Shown: positions 62,945-64,000 of the stretch, in pieces
Layout of the letters: each line of letters starts with the position of its first letter
How positions within the stretch are numbered: position 1 is the stretch's first letter
The notes under the pieces: generated by a model
What the model was told of the DNA's origin: nothing
What the model saw: only the letters and a program-made list of their open reading frames with translations
Database searches by the model: none
Source of the DNA: Mobula hypostoma
Lineage: Eukaryota
DNA: 64,000 bases
Assembly (NCBI RefSeq): GCF_963921235.1
Contig: NC_086097.1
Span: 252,404,001 to 252,468,000 of the forward strand
Direction of reading: 5' to 3'
Translations under genes and position numbers: made by a program

Positions 62945-63220
62945 GATGTGATCAGTCAGAATGCTGTCCATGGTACAGCTGTAGAAATTTCCTAGAGTCT
63001 TTGGTGAAGTACCAAATCTCCACAAACCCTCCTCAAACATAGCTCTGGTGGGCCATCTTAGTGATTGCATCAATACGTTAGGACTAGGATAGATCTTCAG
63101 AGATGTTAAAACCTAGGAACTTGAAACTGAATGGCGTTTGTTTCCTCAGCTTCCCCTTCCTGAAGTCCATAATCAGTTCTTTGGTCTTGTCGGCATTGAA
63201 TGCAAGGTTGTTGCGACACC

Positions 63221-64000
63221 AGGGGCAGAAGACGCTGGTGGGAGTTGTGTACAGGCCACCTAACAGTAGTAGTGAGGTTGGAGATGGTATTAAACAGGAA
63301 ATTAGAAATGTGTGCAATAAAGGAACAGCAGTTATAATGGGTGACTTCAATCTACATGTAGATTGGGTGAACCAAATTGGTAAAGGTGCTGAGGAAGAGG
63401 ATTTCTTGGAATGTAGGCGGGATGGTTTTTTGAACCAACATGTCGAGGAACCAACTGGAGAGCAGGCTATTCTGGACTGGGTTTTGAGCAATGAGGAAGG
63501 GTTAATTAGCGATCTTGTCGTGAGAGGCCCCTTGGGTAAGAGTGACCATAATATGGTGGAATTCTTCATTAAGATGGAGAGTGACATAGTTAATTCAGAA
63601 ACAAAGGTTCTGAACTTAAAGAGGGGTAACTTTGAAGGTATGAGATGTGAATTAGCTAAGATAGACTGGCAAATGACACTTAAAGGATTGACGGTGGATA
63701 TGCAATGGCAAGCATTTAAAGGTTGCATGGATGAACTACAACAATTGTTCATCCCAGTTTGGCAAAAGAATAAATCAAGGAAGGTAGTGCACCCGTGGCT
63801 GACAAGAGAAATTAGGGATAGTATCAATTCCAAAGAAGAAGCATACAAATTAGCCAGAGAAAGTGGCTCACCTGAGGACTGGGAGAAATTCAGAGTTCAG
63901 CAGAGGAGGACAAAGGGCTTAATTAGGAAGGGGAAAAAAGATTATGAGAGAAAACTGGCAGGGAACATAAAAACGGACTGTAAAAGCTTTTATAGATATG
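63221..64000 (+). mobile_element. CR1 ORF2 (same family as 57241), 5'-truncated, runs off the window
   Basis: Near-identical to ~57786-58565; abuts a Rex1 fragment (NNLAFNADKTKELIMDFR on minus). Confidence 0.95.

Noticed and set aside
63084..63848. 254-aa minus-strand ORF and similar antisense ORFs over CR1 copies
   Set aside because: Shadow ORFs of CR1 ORF2, here fused by chance to a Rex1 fragment.

Overview
Eukaryotic, repeat-dense window with no recognisable host gene, rRNA, true tRNA gene or CRISPR array. Most of it is a nested patchwork of transposable-element relics: many CR1 LINEs (one near-complete ORF2 at ~57.4-60.3 kb, frame intact but with 4 internal stops), Rex1/Babar-type LINE pieces, Penelope-like elements (PLE), tRNA-derived SINEs, Gypsy gag/pol debris, two solo LTRs, Tc1, Tigger/pogo, hAT and mariner-like DNA transposons, a probable Academ remnant and a Vingi-like fragment. 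It also holds large microsatellites and a 48-bp minisatellite, each lying inside a TE. This mix suggests a cartilaginous fish, possibly a ray (inference only). The most notable signal is a family of PLE termini carrying a minimal hammerhead-ribozyme motif (AGTC-CTGANGA-A-GGG-N6-CCC-GAAAC-GTC-GACT). About 13 copies are present, including TSD-bounded fold-back insertions and one insertion with two same-strand hammerheads 489 nt apart. Family assignments are by motif recognition only. Boundaries not marked by TSDs or TIRs are approximate.
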